24,000 nt of DNA, taken from assembly GCF_004514475.2 (NCBI RefSeq), contig NZ_MYFO02000011.1, positions 47,212-71,211 of the forward strand, read 5' to 3'. The stretch is from Paenibacillus athensensis. GTDB taxonomy: Bacteria; Bacillota; Bacilli; Paenibacillales; NBRC-103111. Shown in pieces: positions 7,315 to 17,874 of the stretch. Position 1 is the first letter of the stretch. Every line of letters begins with the position of its first letter. Position numbers and translations under genes: made by a program. The notes below the pieces were generated by a model that was not told the DNA's origin, searched no databases, and worked only from the letters and a program-made list of their open reading frames with translations.

Positions 7315-8730
7315 TTACTTGCTTTTCTCCAAATACTCGGCGAACCACGCCTGCGATTGCTCCACAACCGTCTTGGCGCGATCGATCGCTGCGGATACCT
7401 GGCTGCTGGCCGTACCGCCGTATACATTGCGGGCATTCACCACATTCTCCGGCTGCAGCACATCGTAGATATTACCGTCGAACAGGTTGGAGAAGCCCGT
7501 AAACTCTTCGAGACTCAGGTCGAGCAAATATTTCTTTTGCTGAATGCAATAGAGCACGATTTTGCCGATGACTTCATGCGCTTGACGGAAAGGCAGCCCT
7601 TTGTTAACCAGATAATCGGCGATGTCCGTCGCGTTGGAGAAGTCCTGGTTGACGGCTTGACGCATCCGCTCCGTGTTGACCTTCATCGTCGATACCATCG
7701 GCGCAAACAATTGCAGCGCGCCTTGCAGTGTACGCACCGTATCGAACATGCCCTCTTTGTCCTCCTGCATGTCCTTGTTGTAAGCCAGCGGCAGGGACTT
7801 GAGCACGGTCAGCAGACCAAACAAATTGCCGTAGACGCGACCCGTTTTGCCGCGGACCAGCTCGGCGACGTCGGGATTTTTTTTCTGCGGCATAATCGAG
7901 CTGCCTGTGCAGAAAGCGTCATCCAGCTCGACGAACGCGAACTCGGTGCTCGACCAGAGCACCATTTCCTCGCAAAAACGCGACAGGTGCATCATGATCA
8001 TCGAAGCGTTGGACAGAAACTCCAGAATGAAATCGCGGTCGCTGACGGCATCGAGGCTGTTCTCGTATACGCGGTCGAAGCCGAGCTGCTCGGCTACGAA
8101 ATGGCGGTCGATCGGGAACGTCGTACCGGCCAAGGCGCCGGCTCCCAGCGGCAGCACGTTAATGCGCTTGTAGCTGTCCTGCAGACGCTCAATGTCGCGC
8201 TGGAACATGCTGACATACGCCATCAAATGGTGCGCGAACAGGATCGGCTGCGCGCGCTGCAGATGCGTATAGCCCGGCACGATCGTATCGAGATTGTTGG
8301 CTGCTTGCTCCAGCAGCGCCTCTTGCAGCTTGACCAGCAAGCCGACGAACTCAACCACGCGCTTGCGCAAATACAAGTGCATGTCCGTCGCGACCTGGTC
8401 GTTGCGGCTACGGCCGGTGTGCAGCTTGCCGCCGACGGGACCGATCTGGTCCATCAGCGTTTTTTCGATATTCATATGGATATCTTCATTCTGAATCGTA
8501 TATTCCAGCTCGCCGCGGCGAATCATGCCCTGAACGGCATGCAAGCCGTCCTTGATTTTCTCCACGTCCTCTGCCGGCAAAATGCCGCATTTGCCCAGCA
8601 TCGTCACGTGCGCCAGACTGCCTTGAATATCCTCTTCGGCCAGCTCCTTGTCGAACATGATCGAAGCCGTATACTCCTCGACCAGCTGGTCGGTTTGCTT
8701 GGTAAAACGTCCACCCCACAGCTTAGACAC
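7315..8730 (-). CDS. argH: Argininosuccinate lyase
   Basis: 471 aa. The sequence (V)[23 protein letters not shown]... contains the fumarate-lyase signature region [15 protein letters not shown] start at 8730. Confidence 0.95.
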   Translation of the reverse strand: MSKLWGGRFTKQTDQLVEEYTASIMFDKELAEEDIQGSLAHVTMLGKCGILPAEDVEKIKDGLHAVQGMIRRGELEYTIQNEDIHMNIEKTLMDQIGPVGGKLHTGRSRNDQVATDMHLYLRKRVVEFVGLLVKLQEALLEQAANNLDTIVPGYTHLQRAQPILFAHHLMAYVSMFQRDIERLQDSYKRINVLPLGAGALAGTTFPIDRHFVAEQLGFDRVYENSLDAVSDRDFILEFLSNASMIMMHLSRFCEEMVLWSSTEFAFVELDDAFCTGSSIMPQKKNPDVAELVRGKTGRVYGNLFGLLTVLKSLPLAYNKDMQEDKEGMFDTVRTLQGALQLFAPMVSTMKVNTERMRQAVNQDFSNATDIADYLVNKGLPFRQAHEVIGKIVLYCIQQKKYLLDLSLEEFTGFSNLFDGNIYDVLQPENVVNARNVYGGTASSQVSAAIDRAKTVVEQSQAWFAEYLEKSK

Positions 8731-8861
8731 TCTAAATCGTGCTCCTTTCTTAACACACCCAAAGGCTTCCCGTTTTCGGAAAGCCCGTTTGTTTCCTGAC
8801 TATGTAAAAACCGGGAGCCGGACAGGAGCGGAGTACACTCCCCGCACCGGCCGGCCGCAGC

Positions 8862-10100
<1,239 letters not shown>

Positions 10101-10125
10101 GAATTGATCTCTCCGTTTCTACGAA

Positions 10126-11094
<969 letters not shown>

Positions 11095-11170
11095 ACCTTT
11101 CTGTATTCAAATCTAAAACTCCGGTGAAAAACCAGTGTCCTCCAGTCAATAGCGGTTTCCACTCGCTGTT

Positions 11171-11222
11171 GTAGCCGGATTTTCCGATGAAATGACCCTG
11201 TTTGGGATAAAAATCCGTCTAC
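11171..11222 (-). other. 13-bp stem hairpin inside the argD-argF spacer
   Basis: In minus-strand RNA, GUAGACGGAUUUU (11222-11210) pairs with AAAAUCCGGCUAC (11183-11171), giving 12 Watson-Crick pairs and one A.G mismatch. The 26-nt loop contains a CCC-AAACA-GGG mini-hairpin. Confidence 0.5.
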
Positions 11223-11326
11223 AAAGGCTACCGTTGGCGTTGTTTCCGTTCCATGCCGACTCTCCGGCCATTGGCACCAGACCTCTAAACGGCTTACACC
11301 CTCTATTTCGCGAAAATAATCCCGGC

Positions 11327-12520
11327 TTACTGCACAGCAGCGGCAGCCTTTTGCGCCAGCACCTGACAAACGGCGTCAAGGCCCGCATCCAGATCGGCTT
11401 GCGGAATGGTCAGGCTCGGCGCCAACCGGATCACATTCGGCCCGGCCGGAATGACGAGAACGCCTGCTTCTTGCAGCGCGCTGATCAGCTCTCCCGCCGG
11501 CTGCGTGCATTCGATGCCGATCAGCAGCCCCTTGCCGCGCACTTCCTTGACGATCGGGTTGTCCGCAAGCCGCTGCTTCAACGTATCTATCGCGTACAGG
11601 CCGATTTCCTCGGCGCGCTTGACAAGCCCTTCATTCAGAATCGTCTCGATGGTCGCAATCGCTGCTGCCGTCGCAATCGGCGTTCCGCCAAAGGTCGAGC
11701 CGTGGCTGCCTGCGGAAAATGCCTCGGTCAGCTTCGCTTTGCCCAGCATGGCGCCAATCGGGAAGCCGCTGCCCAGTCCCTTGGCCAGCGTGATGATGTC
11801 CGGCTCAATGCCGTAATGCTCATACGCAAACAGCTTGCCGGTCCGGCCGACGCCCGTCTGAATTTCATCGACGATCAGCAGCAAATCCTGCTCCCGGCAC
11901 AGCTGTGCCAGTTGCTGGATAAACGCCGGATCGGCCGGCGTAACGCCGCCTTCGCCCTGCACCATTTCCAGCATAATCGCACACGTCTTGTCACTGACCA
12001 ACTGCTGCACAGCGGCAAAATCATTATAAGGCGCATACACAAAGCCGTCCGGCAGCGGATGAAAGCCTTCCTTGACCTTATCCTGCCCGGTGGCTGTCAG
12101 CGTGGCCAGCGTCCGGCCGTGAAACGATTTTTCGAACGTGATAATTTCGTAACGCCCGCTGCCTTGCACCTTGGAGGCATACCGGCGCGCCAGCTTGATC
12201 GCCGCTTCGTTCGCTTCCGCCCCGGTCGAGCAGAAGAACACCGCATCGGTACAGCTATGCTCGGTCAGCAGCTGGGCCAGCTTCTCCTGATTCGGGATAT
12301 GAAACAGGTTGCTGACATGCCACAGCTCGTCGAGCTGCGCGACCAGCCGTTCCTTGACCGCTTGCGGCGCATGGCCGAGATTGGTCACGGCAATACCGCT
12401 CATCAGATCGATATAAGCTTTGCCCGTATCGTCCCACAGCCGGCTGCCCTCGCCCTTGATCATCGTAATCGGGTATCTGGCATAGGTCGGGAACAACGCG
12501 CTTTGTTGATCGTTACCCAT
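11327..12520 (-). CDS. argD: Acetylornithine aminotransferase
   Basis: ORF 11327..12565 is a class-III PLP aminotransferase (MGNDQQSALFPTYARYPITMIKGEGSRLWDDTGKAYIDLMSGIAV...). The preferred start is ATG 12520, after AAAGGAG. The 15 upstream codons lack an RBS. Confidence 0.9.
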   Translation of the reverse strand: MGNDQQSALFPTYARYPITMIKGEGSRLWDDTGKAYIDLMSGIAVTNLGHAPQAVKERLVAQLDELWHVSNLFHIPNQEKLAQLLTEHSCTDAVFFCSTGAEANEAAIKLARRYASKVQGSGRYEIITFEKSFHGRTLATLTATGQDKVKEGFHPLPDGFVYAPYNDFAAVQQLVSDKTCAIMLEMVQGEGGVTPADPAFIQQLAQLCREQDLLLIVDEIQTGVGRTGKLFAYEHYGIEPDIITLAKGLGSGFPIGAMLGKAKLTEAFSAGSHGSTFGGTPIATAAAIATIETILNEGLVKRAEEIGLYAIDTLKQRLADNPIVKEVRGKGLLIGIECTQPAGELISALQEAGVLVIPAGPNVIRLAPSLTIPQADLDAGLDAVCQVLAQKAAAAVQ

Positions 12521-12575
12521 CGCTTTCACTCCTTTGACGCAGCATGAATCCCAAGCGGGGTCCATCCCGCAAAAA

Positions 12576-13367
12576 TTAACGCACGATCCGCGTGCCGATC
12601 CCGCCGCCCTTGAGCACCTTGCTCAGCACGTTCGGCTCCGCGCCGTTCACAATAACCACTTCCTGCACATCGCCCTGAATGCACTGCATCGCAGCGCGCA
12701 CCTTGGGGATCATGCCGCCGTAGATTTCGCCGCTTGCGATCATCGCTTCGATTTCGGCAATGGTGGCCACAGGCAGCACCTGCTTCTCGCCATCTACGGT
12801 TTTCAAAATGCCCGGCACATCGGTGACGACGACCATTTGCTCCACGCCTAGATGCGAAGCTACCGCTCCTGCCGCCGTATCGGCATTGATATTGTAACGC
12901 TGTCCGCCGTCCGCTCCGAGTCCCACAGGCGCAATCACCGGAATGTAGCCCATTCCGACGACGCCCTGAATCAGCTCCGCATTGACGCGGGTCACGTCCC
13001 CCACGAGTCCAACCTCGTGGCTGTTGCTGACCGGCTGCGCTTCAATCAGGTGTCCGTCTACGCCGGACAAGCCAAGCGCTTTGGCGCCGGCCAGCTGAAT
13101 TCGTCGGACGATCTCCTTGTTGATTTGCCCGGACAGCACCATTTCCACGACGTCCAGCACCGCTTCGTTCGTCTTGCGCAGACCGTTCACGAATTCCGTC
13201 TCGATGCCAAGCTTCGTCAGCGTTTCCGAAATCGCCGGACCGCCGCCGTGCACGATCACCGTCACGATACCTTCCTCCTGCAAACCGCGCATATCGGCAA
13301 AAAAGCTCTCCGGCAACGCCGCCAGCGTGCTCCCGCCGCATTTCATTACAAAGCAATTGTTCTTCAC
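12576..13367 (-). CDS. argB: Acetylglutamate kinase
   Basis: 263 aa. (V)KNNCFVMKCGGSTL aligns with the ArgB N-terminal KxGG motif, and the protein has amino-acid-kinase-fold motifs throughout. The GTG start at 13367 lies 9 nt after GGGGA. Confidence 0.92.
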   Translation of the reverse strand: MKNNCFVMKCGGSTLAALPESFFADMRGLQEEGIVTVIVHGGGPAISETLTKLGIETEFVNGLRKTNEAVLDVVEMVLSGQINKEIVRRIQLAGAKALGLSGVDGHLIEAQPVSNSHEVGLVGDVTRVNAELIQGVVGMGYIPVIAPVGLGADGGQRYNINADTAAGAVASHLGVEQMVVVTDVPGILKTVDGEKQVLPVATIAEIEAMIASGEIYGGMIPKVRAAMQCIQGDVQEVVIVNGAEPNVLSKVLKGGGIGTRIVR

Positions 13368-13559
13368 AGCTTTCGTTCCCCTTTACTTGTCGCTTTGGCC
13401 GGAAGTGCGCAGCCCTGCCGAGAGCGGCGTGCTTGCCCCCGCACTGTGCGGTTCCCGTCATGACGCCGACTGTATAGCGGCGGACAGATTGCTGCGGCGG
13501 GGCTGGCATTGCGCGCCGCACAGCAGCGGCGTTTCCCGACCGCTCCCCGCGTAGGTCTT

Positions 13560-13607
13560 CCGCACGCGCACGACTCCCGGAGCGCGGTACCGGCCGTCCA
13601 GCAGCTG
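13560..13607. repeat. Copy of the GC-rich repeat family also found downstream of prfB, within the argJ-argB spacer
   Basis: CCGCACGCGCACGACTCCCGGAGCGCGGTACCGGCCGTCCAGCAGCTG aligns to prfB-array unit 2 (17677-17725). By hand alignment, 38 of 48 positions are identical with one 1-nt gap. The orientation is the same. The flanking sequence (about 13500-13660) looks like further degenerate copies. Confidence 0.6.
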
Positions 13608-13766
13608 TTAGACCCGTGCAGCGGCTGTACCGCTCGCGCCGCCGCCTGTGCCGCTATACCGGCGGACCTGATCGATGCGGCCCTAAGCTCGCACCGTTCT
13701 GGCTGTTCTGCTAGCCGCCGTACAGCCGTTACCGCCCCTGGTCGCCGTCAGCCGCCCGCCACCCGA

Positions 13767-14993
13767 TCAGGTCCGGTATGCCGCATTGATCCTTACATAA
13801 TCATAAGTCAAATCGCAGCCCCAGCCCGTTGCCTTGCCGTCAGCCATATGTAAATCAACCTGAATTTGCACAAAATCGCCCTTCAAATATTCCGCTGCCC
13901 GCTCCTCGTCGAATTTCACCGGACGGGATTGCTCCAGCACCATGATATCGCCGAGCCGGATATCCACCGTCTCCGTATTCACCGGCTGGCCGGCCCGGCC
14001 GACTGCGGCGATGATCCGCCCCCAGTTGGCGTCGGCGCCAAAGCACGCGGACTTCACCAGGCTGGAGCCGATCACGGTCTTGGCAATCGCGCGCGCCGCA
14101 TCGTCGGATGCCGCGCCTGCGACATTCACCTCGATCAGCTTCGTCGCGCCTTCGCCGTCACGGGCAATCGCCTTGGCGAGATATTCGCCGACGTATTGGA
14201 AGCCGGCCGCGAACGCTTCCCAGTCCGGGTGCTGCGGATGTAACGCCTCGTTCTCCGCGAGGCCGCTCGCCATCACCACGACCATGTCGTTGGTGCTGGT
14301 ATCGCCGTCAACCGTAATCATATTAAACGTGTTGTCGGTCGTGCGGCTCAGCAGCTGCTGCAGGTAGCTGCTGTCGATCAGGGCATCGGTGGTCATGAAG
14401 CCGAGCATGGTCGCCATGTTCGGATGGATCATACCCGAGCCCTTGGCCGCTCCGGCAATGTGCACAGCTTTGCCGTTCACCGTGAGGCGGACGCAAGTCA
14501 TCTTCTGCACGAGATCCGTCGTCAGGATCGCCTGACAGAAGTCGTCGCCACCGTCCGCCTTGACCCGTTGCGGCAGCTGCTCAATGCCGCCAAGCACCTT
14601 CGTCATCGGCAGCAGCTCGCCGATGACGCCAGTGCTGGTCACGCCGACATGATGTTCGGCGAGACCCAGCGCACGGGCGGCGGCGGCGCGCATCGCGAAC
14701 GCGTCGTCTTCGCCCTGCTGGCCCGTGCACGCATTCGCGTTGCCGCTGTTGACGAGCATCGCTTGCAGCTTGCCCTCAGCGGCAATGCTCATCTGCGTGA
14801 CGCGCAGCGGCGCCGCTTGGAACGCGTTAAGCGTGTACACGCCCGCCGCCGCCGCCGGAACGTCGCAGACGATGACGCCCAGATCGTGGCGCTCCGTCTT
14901 TTTCAATCCACAATGCAAGCCGCCTGCGCGAAAGCCCTTCGGCGACGTTACCGAACCATCGGGAACTACGGTAAATTTTGCTGAAGCCGTCAT
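13767..14993 (-). CDS. argJ: Bifunctional glutamate N-acetyltransferase / amino-acid acetyltransferase (ornithine acetyltransferase)
   Basis: 408 aa. MTASAKFTVVPDGSVTSPKGFRAGGLHCGLKK... has the autoproteolytic ATML site (PNMATMLGFMTTDA), which is typical of ArgJ. An AGGTGA RBS is present. Confidence 0.95.
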   Translation of the reverse strand: MTASAKFTVVPDGSVTSPKGFRAGGLHCGLKKTERHDLGVIVCDVPAAAAGVYTLNAFQAAPLRVTQMSIAAEGKLQAMLVNSGNANACTGQQGEDDAFAMRAAAARALGLAEHHVGVTSTGVIGELLPMTKVLGGIEQLPQRVKADGGDDFCQAILTTDLVQKMTCVRLTVNGKAVHIAGAAKGSGMIHPNMATMLGFMTTDALIDSSYLQQLLSRTTDNTFNMITVDGDTSTNDMVVVMASGLAENEALHPQHPDWEAFAAGFQYVGEYLAKAIARDGEGATKLIEVNVAGAASDDAARAIAKTVIGSSLVKSACFGADANWGRIIAAVGRAGQPVNTETVDIRLGDIMVLEQSRPVKFDEERAAEYLKGDFVQIQVDLHMADGKATGWGCDLTYDYVRINAAYRT

Positions 14994-15112
14994 GTTTCTT
15001 GTTCACCTGTCCATTTCATCCATAATATAAAATCGCGGCCAGGCCGGCTGCGCCAAGCCTGCTTGCCCAAATATCCCCTTCACCTGCCACAGCCGCAAAA
15101 CCGCACCCGCTC

Positions 15113-16162
15113 CTACGGATACACCGGCGAGAACAACAATCCGGTCGATTCTTCCCAGCCCATCATCAGATTCAGGTTCTGAATCGCCTGACCAGCCGCG
15201 CCTTTGACCACATTGTCAATGACGGAAACAATCGTCACCCGGCCCGTGCGCGCATCGACGGCAAAGCCGATATCGCAGTAATTCGAACCGAACACTTCCT
15301 TCGTCGCCGGCAGCTTGCCTTTATCCCGCACCCGCACAAAACGGCGTCCCTGGTAGAAATCGCGGTAGAGCGCAATAAAATCCTCTTCCGTATGCGCACC
15401 GTTTACCGTGGCGTACATCGTCGCCATAATTCCCCGCGTCATCGGCACCAGATGCGTCGTAAACGTCGTCACGACCGGCGCGCCGGCAATCCGGCCCAGC
15501 GCCTGCTCGATTTCAGGAATATGCTGGTGGCGGTTGACCTTGTACGTGCTGAAGTTTTCGTTCACCTCGGAATAGTGCACGCCAAGACCTACGCCGCGGC
15601 CCGCTCCGGACACGCCGGATTTGGCATCGATAATGATCGTAGCCGGATCGATCCAGCCCGCCTTCAGCGCCGGAATCAGCCCGAGCAGCGAAGCCGTCGG
15701 ATAGCAGCCCGGATTCGAGACGAAATCCACGCCCTTCACCTCTTCGCCGAACACCTCGCACAAACCGTAGACAGCCTTGGCCAGATCCTCGTCGGAAGCC
15801 GGCTTATGCTTATACCACATCTCGTAAAGCGCCCCCGATTTCAAGCGAAAATCACCCGACACGTCGATCACCTTGAGCCCCGCTGCCAGCAGCTTGGGCG
15901 ACAGGTCCGCACTGACGCCAGCCGGCGTAGCCAGGAACACCAGATCCGCCTTGCCGGCAATCAGCTCGACATTCAGCTCATCCAGCAAATCCACCATAAT
16001 TTGATTCAAATGTGGAAAACCATCCGCAATCGGCGCTCCTGCGTTCGATGTAGAAATCACCGACGTAATTTTCACATGCGGATGCGCCTGCAAAAGCCGG
16101 ATCAGCTCCGCGCCTCCGTAACCCGTCGCTCCCACGATAGCCGCTCTCAATTCCTGACTCAC
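15113..16162 (-). CDS. argC: N-acetyl-gamma-glutamyl-phosphate reductase
   Basis: ORF 15113..16186. The N-terminus (V)SQELRAAIVGATGYGGAELIRLL carries the NAD(P)-binding GxTGYxG motif, and the catalytic Cys context is NPGCYPT. The preferred start is GTG 16162, 6 nt after GGGGGA (16174-16169). Confidence 0.93.
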   Translation of the reverse strand: MSQELRAAIVGATGYGGAELIRLLQAHPHVKITSVISTSNAGAPIADGFPHLNQIMVDLLDELNVELIAGKADLVFLATPAGVSADLSPKLLAAGLKVIDVSGDFRLKSGALYEMWYKHKPASDEDLAKAVYGLCEVFGEEVKGVDFVSNPGCYPTASLLGLIPALKAGWIDPATIIIDAKSGVSGAGRGVGLGVHYSEVNENFSTYKVNRHQHIPEIEQALGRIAGAPVVTTFTTHLVPMTRGIMATMYATVNGAHTEEDFIALYRDFYQGRRFVRVRDKGKLPATKEVFGSNYCDIGFAVDARTGRVTIVSVIDNVVKGAAGQAIQNLNLMMGWEESTGLLFSPVYP

Positions 16163-16193
16163 ATGAATTCCCCCAAACGTTCCCAAAAAGATA

Positions 16194-16228
16194 TGTATTA
16201 TTATACAGTTTCATACATAATAATTCAA
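16194..16228 (-). promoter_or_regulatory. argC promoter with two overlapping ARG-box-like operators (ArgR/AhrC type)
   Basis: The minus strand reads TTGAAT (16228-16223), a 17-nt spacer, then TATAAT (16205-16200). Two 14-mers fit TGNAT-W4-ATNCA: TGAATTATTATGTA (16227-16214) and TGTATAATAATACA (16207-16194). They are 6 nt apart and cover the -35 and -10 elements. Confidence 0.6.
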
Positions 16229-16599
16229 TGCCTATTTTCCGCGATTTCTCGCGCGCACAGCCCAAAGAAATCAGCGCGGATTCAGCGAAGCTTCACGGCT
16301 TTTTCGGCATTCCGTCCATCGGTCTACCGTCTGTGCATCCCCCGCTCCTCTTGCATTTCCCCAAGGCCAATATACACTTTATGCAAAGAATTCTGCATAT
16401 TTATCCACTTGCTTTAAGAAGCCCGCCTTTGCTGAACAGCAGACGCACCCCCTCTATTATCCCAGATGAAGCGCCCTTTGGGCAAATCCAACTTTGACAG
16501 TTCGGCGAACGCCGGAGCCGTCCTTTCTGGTATCGCTTTCACAAAAGCTCGGGCTGCAACCCCGTGCTCCGGGCCTGCCCCTGCCAATCTTTCGCCCCT

Positions 16600-17469
16600 T
16601 CAGCGGGGTCGGCCAAATCCTTCGCCCAGCACCTCGTGCGCCTCGCTGAGAATCACAAACGCCTGCGGATCCACCGCATGGACCAATGACTTCAGCCGGC
16701 TCACTTCATTTTGATTGACCACGACCATCAGCACGACGCGCGCCGCTCCGGTAAACCCGCCCGCTCCGTTCAGCTCCGTCAGCCCGCGATCCAAATCGTA
16801 CAAAATCGCCTGACGCAGCTCCTCCGTGCGCTCGGAAATAATGAACGCCATTTTGGAGTAATTAAAGCCTAGCTGCACCACATCAATCGTTTTCGTCGTA
16901 ATAAACAAACCGATCAGCGCATACAGCGCATTTTCCGGGGTAAACACCAGCCCGGCCGTCACAATCACCAGCCCGTCCAACACCGCAATCGAATAGCCCA
17001 AGCTCATCCCTGTATATTTATGCAAAATCTGCGCCGCCAGCCCCAGCCCGCCCGTCGAGCCCCGGCCCTTGAAGACGATGCCCAGACCGAGCCCGGTGCC
17101 AATACCGCCGTAAATACTTGCCAGCAGCGTATTGTGCGTAGGCGTGGCCACATGTGCCGTCAACAGTACGCACAGCGGAAAAATCACCGAGCCCACCGCT
17201 GCCTTCACCCCGAACTGCCCGCCCAGGAGCCACAGCCCCAAGCCAAAAAGCGGAATATTCAACGCCCACTGCGTCAGCGCCGGGCGGATGCCGATCAGAT
17301 GCTGCACAATGGTCGAAATGCCCGCTACCCCGCCCGAGGCAATCTGATTCGGATTTAAAAACGCATTGAAGCTAAACGCCATAATCAGCGAACCCGCCAG
17401 CAGCAGCACATATTCGCCGACCGTCTGCAGCTTGCCGTTAACGCCGGTTCCCGTTCGTTTTCTGCCCAT
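16600..17469 (-). CDS. YitT-family membrane protein (DUF161 repeats plus a C-terminal DUF2179), YvjA-like by position
   Basis: 289 aa and polytopic. Its motifs include NAFLNPNQIASGGVAGISTIVQHL and STGGLGLAAQILHKYTG, with a C-terminal soluble domain (VLMVVVNQNEVSRLKSLVHAVDPQAFVILSEAHEVLGEGF). The RBS is GAAGGAAGGAG. In B. subtilis the gene after prfB is the YitT-family gene yvjA. Confidence 0.85.
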   Translation of the reverse strand: MGRKRTGTGVNGKLQTVGEYVLLLAGSLIMAFSFNAFLNPNQIASGGVAGISTIVQHLIGIRPALTQWALNIPLFGLGLWLLGGQFGVKAAVGSVIFPLCVLLTAHVATPTHNTLLASIYGGIGTGLGLGIVFKGRGSTGGLGLAAQILHKYTGMSLGYSIAVLDGLVIVTAGLVFTPENALYALIGLFITTKTIDVVQLGFNYSKMAFIISERTEELRQAILYDLDRGLTELNGAGGFTGAARVVLMVVVNQNEVSRLKSLVHAVDPQAFVILSEAHEVLGEGFGRPR

Positions 17470-17492
17470 GGGTAGCTCCTTCCTTCACGCAT

Positions 17493-17526
17493 AAAAAAAA
17501 TCCTACACCGCTCTAAGGTGTAGGAT
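17493..17526 (-). terminator. Rho-independent terminator downstream of prfB, 23 nt upstream of the YitT-family start codon
   Basis: The minus strand reads AUCCUACACC-UUAGAGC-GGUGUAGGAU, a perfect 10-bp stem, followed by U8 (plus-strand A-run 17493-17500). Confidence 0.8.
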
Positions 17527-17610
17527 GTTCGTCTGCTTGCGCCAGTATGCGCCTTGTCGGCGATTCGCGCGCCCGAGGCGTGGGATCGCTGCGTCGGTTC
17601 CTGCATGCTG

Positions 17611-17874
17611 CCGCATCACGCGCGGCTCCCGAAGTGCGGTGCCCTCCGTTCAGCGGCTGCCGATCCCGACTCCCCTCCGCATCGCGCGCGACTCCCCAAG
17701 CGCGGTGCCCTCCGTTCAGCGCCCGCGGTCGCGACTCTCCTCCGCAACGCGTGCAGACCCCGGAGCGCGGTGCTCGCCGTTCAGCGGCTGCCGATCCCGT
17801 CTCTCCTCCGCAACGCGCGCAGACCCCGAAGCGCGGTGCCCTCCGTTCAGCGCCCGTCGGTCCCGTCTACTCCT
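17611..17874. repeat. Tandem array of four GC-rich repeat units of 65-67 bp
   Basis: The units are 17611-17676, 17677-17741, 17742-17807 and 17808-17874. Each begins CCGCA(T/A)C and contains GCGCGGTGC(C/T)C(T/G)CCGTTCAGCG, and the CCGTTCAGCG motif recurs at 17646, 17712, 17777 and 17843. Units 1 and 3 share the tail GCGGCTGCCGATCCCG. Units 2 and 4 share the tail GCGCCCG.GGTC.CG, which gives a higher-order period of about 131 bp. The last 8 nt overlap the prfB stop codon and its final two codons. Confidence 0.9.

Noticed and set aside
11095-11326. A T-box riboswitch reading of the argD-argF spacer. GAGUGGAAACCGC at about 11163-11151 loosely resembles the T-box core GGGUGGUACCGCG, and a terminator-like hairpin follows.
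   Set aside because: The match carries an insertion and several mismatches. I could not build a Stem I with a specifier loop, an AG bulge or a GNUGNRA distal loop in the right order, nor an antiterminator that competes with the downstream hairpin. I kept it only as an unclassified structured element.
16401-16409. A lone DnaA-box-like TTATCCACT upstream of the argC promoter.
   Set aside because: This is a single one-mismatch site, which is expected by chance. It is not part of any cluster.
17611-17874. Whether the 66-bp periodic array could be a CRISPR array.
   Set aside because: There is no alternation of conserved repeats with unique spacers. The whole 66-bp unit is about 80% conserved from copy to copy. 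No cas genes are nearby, and a related copy occurs singly in the argJ-argB spacer.
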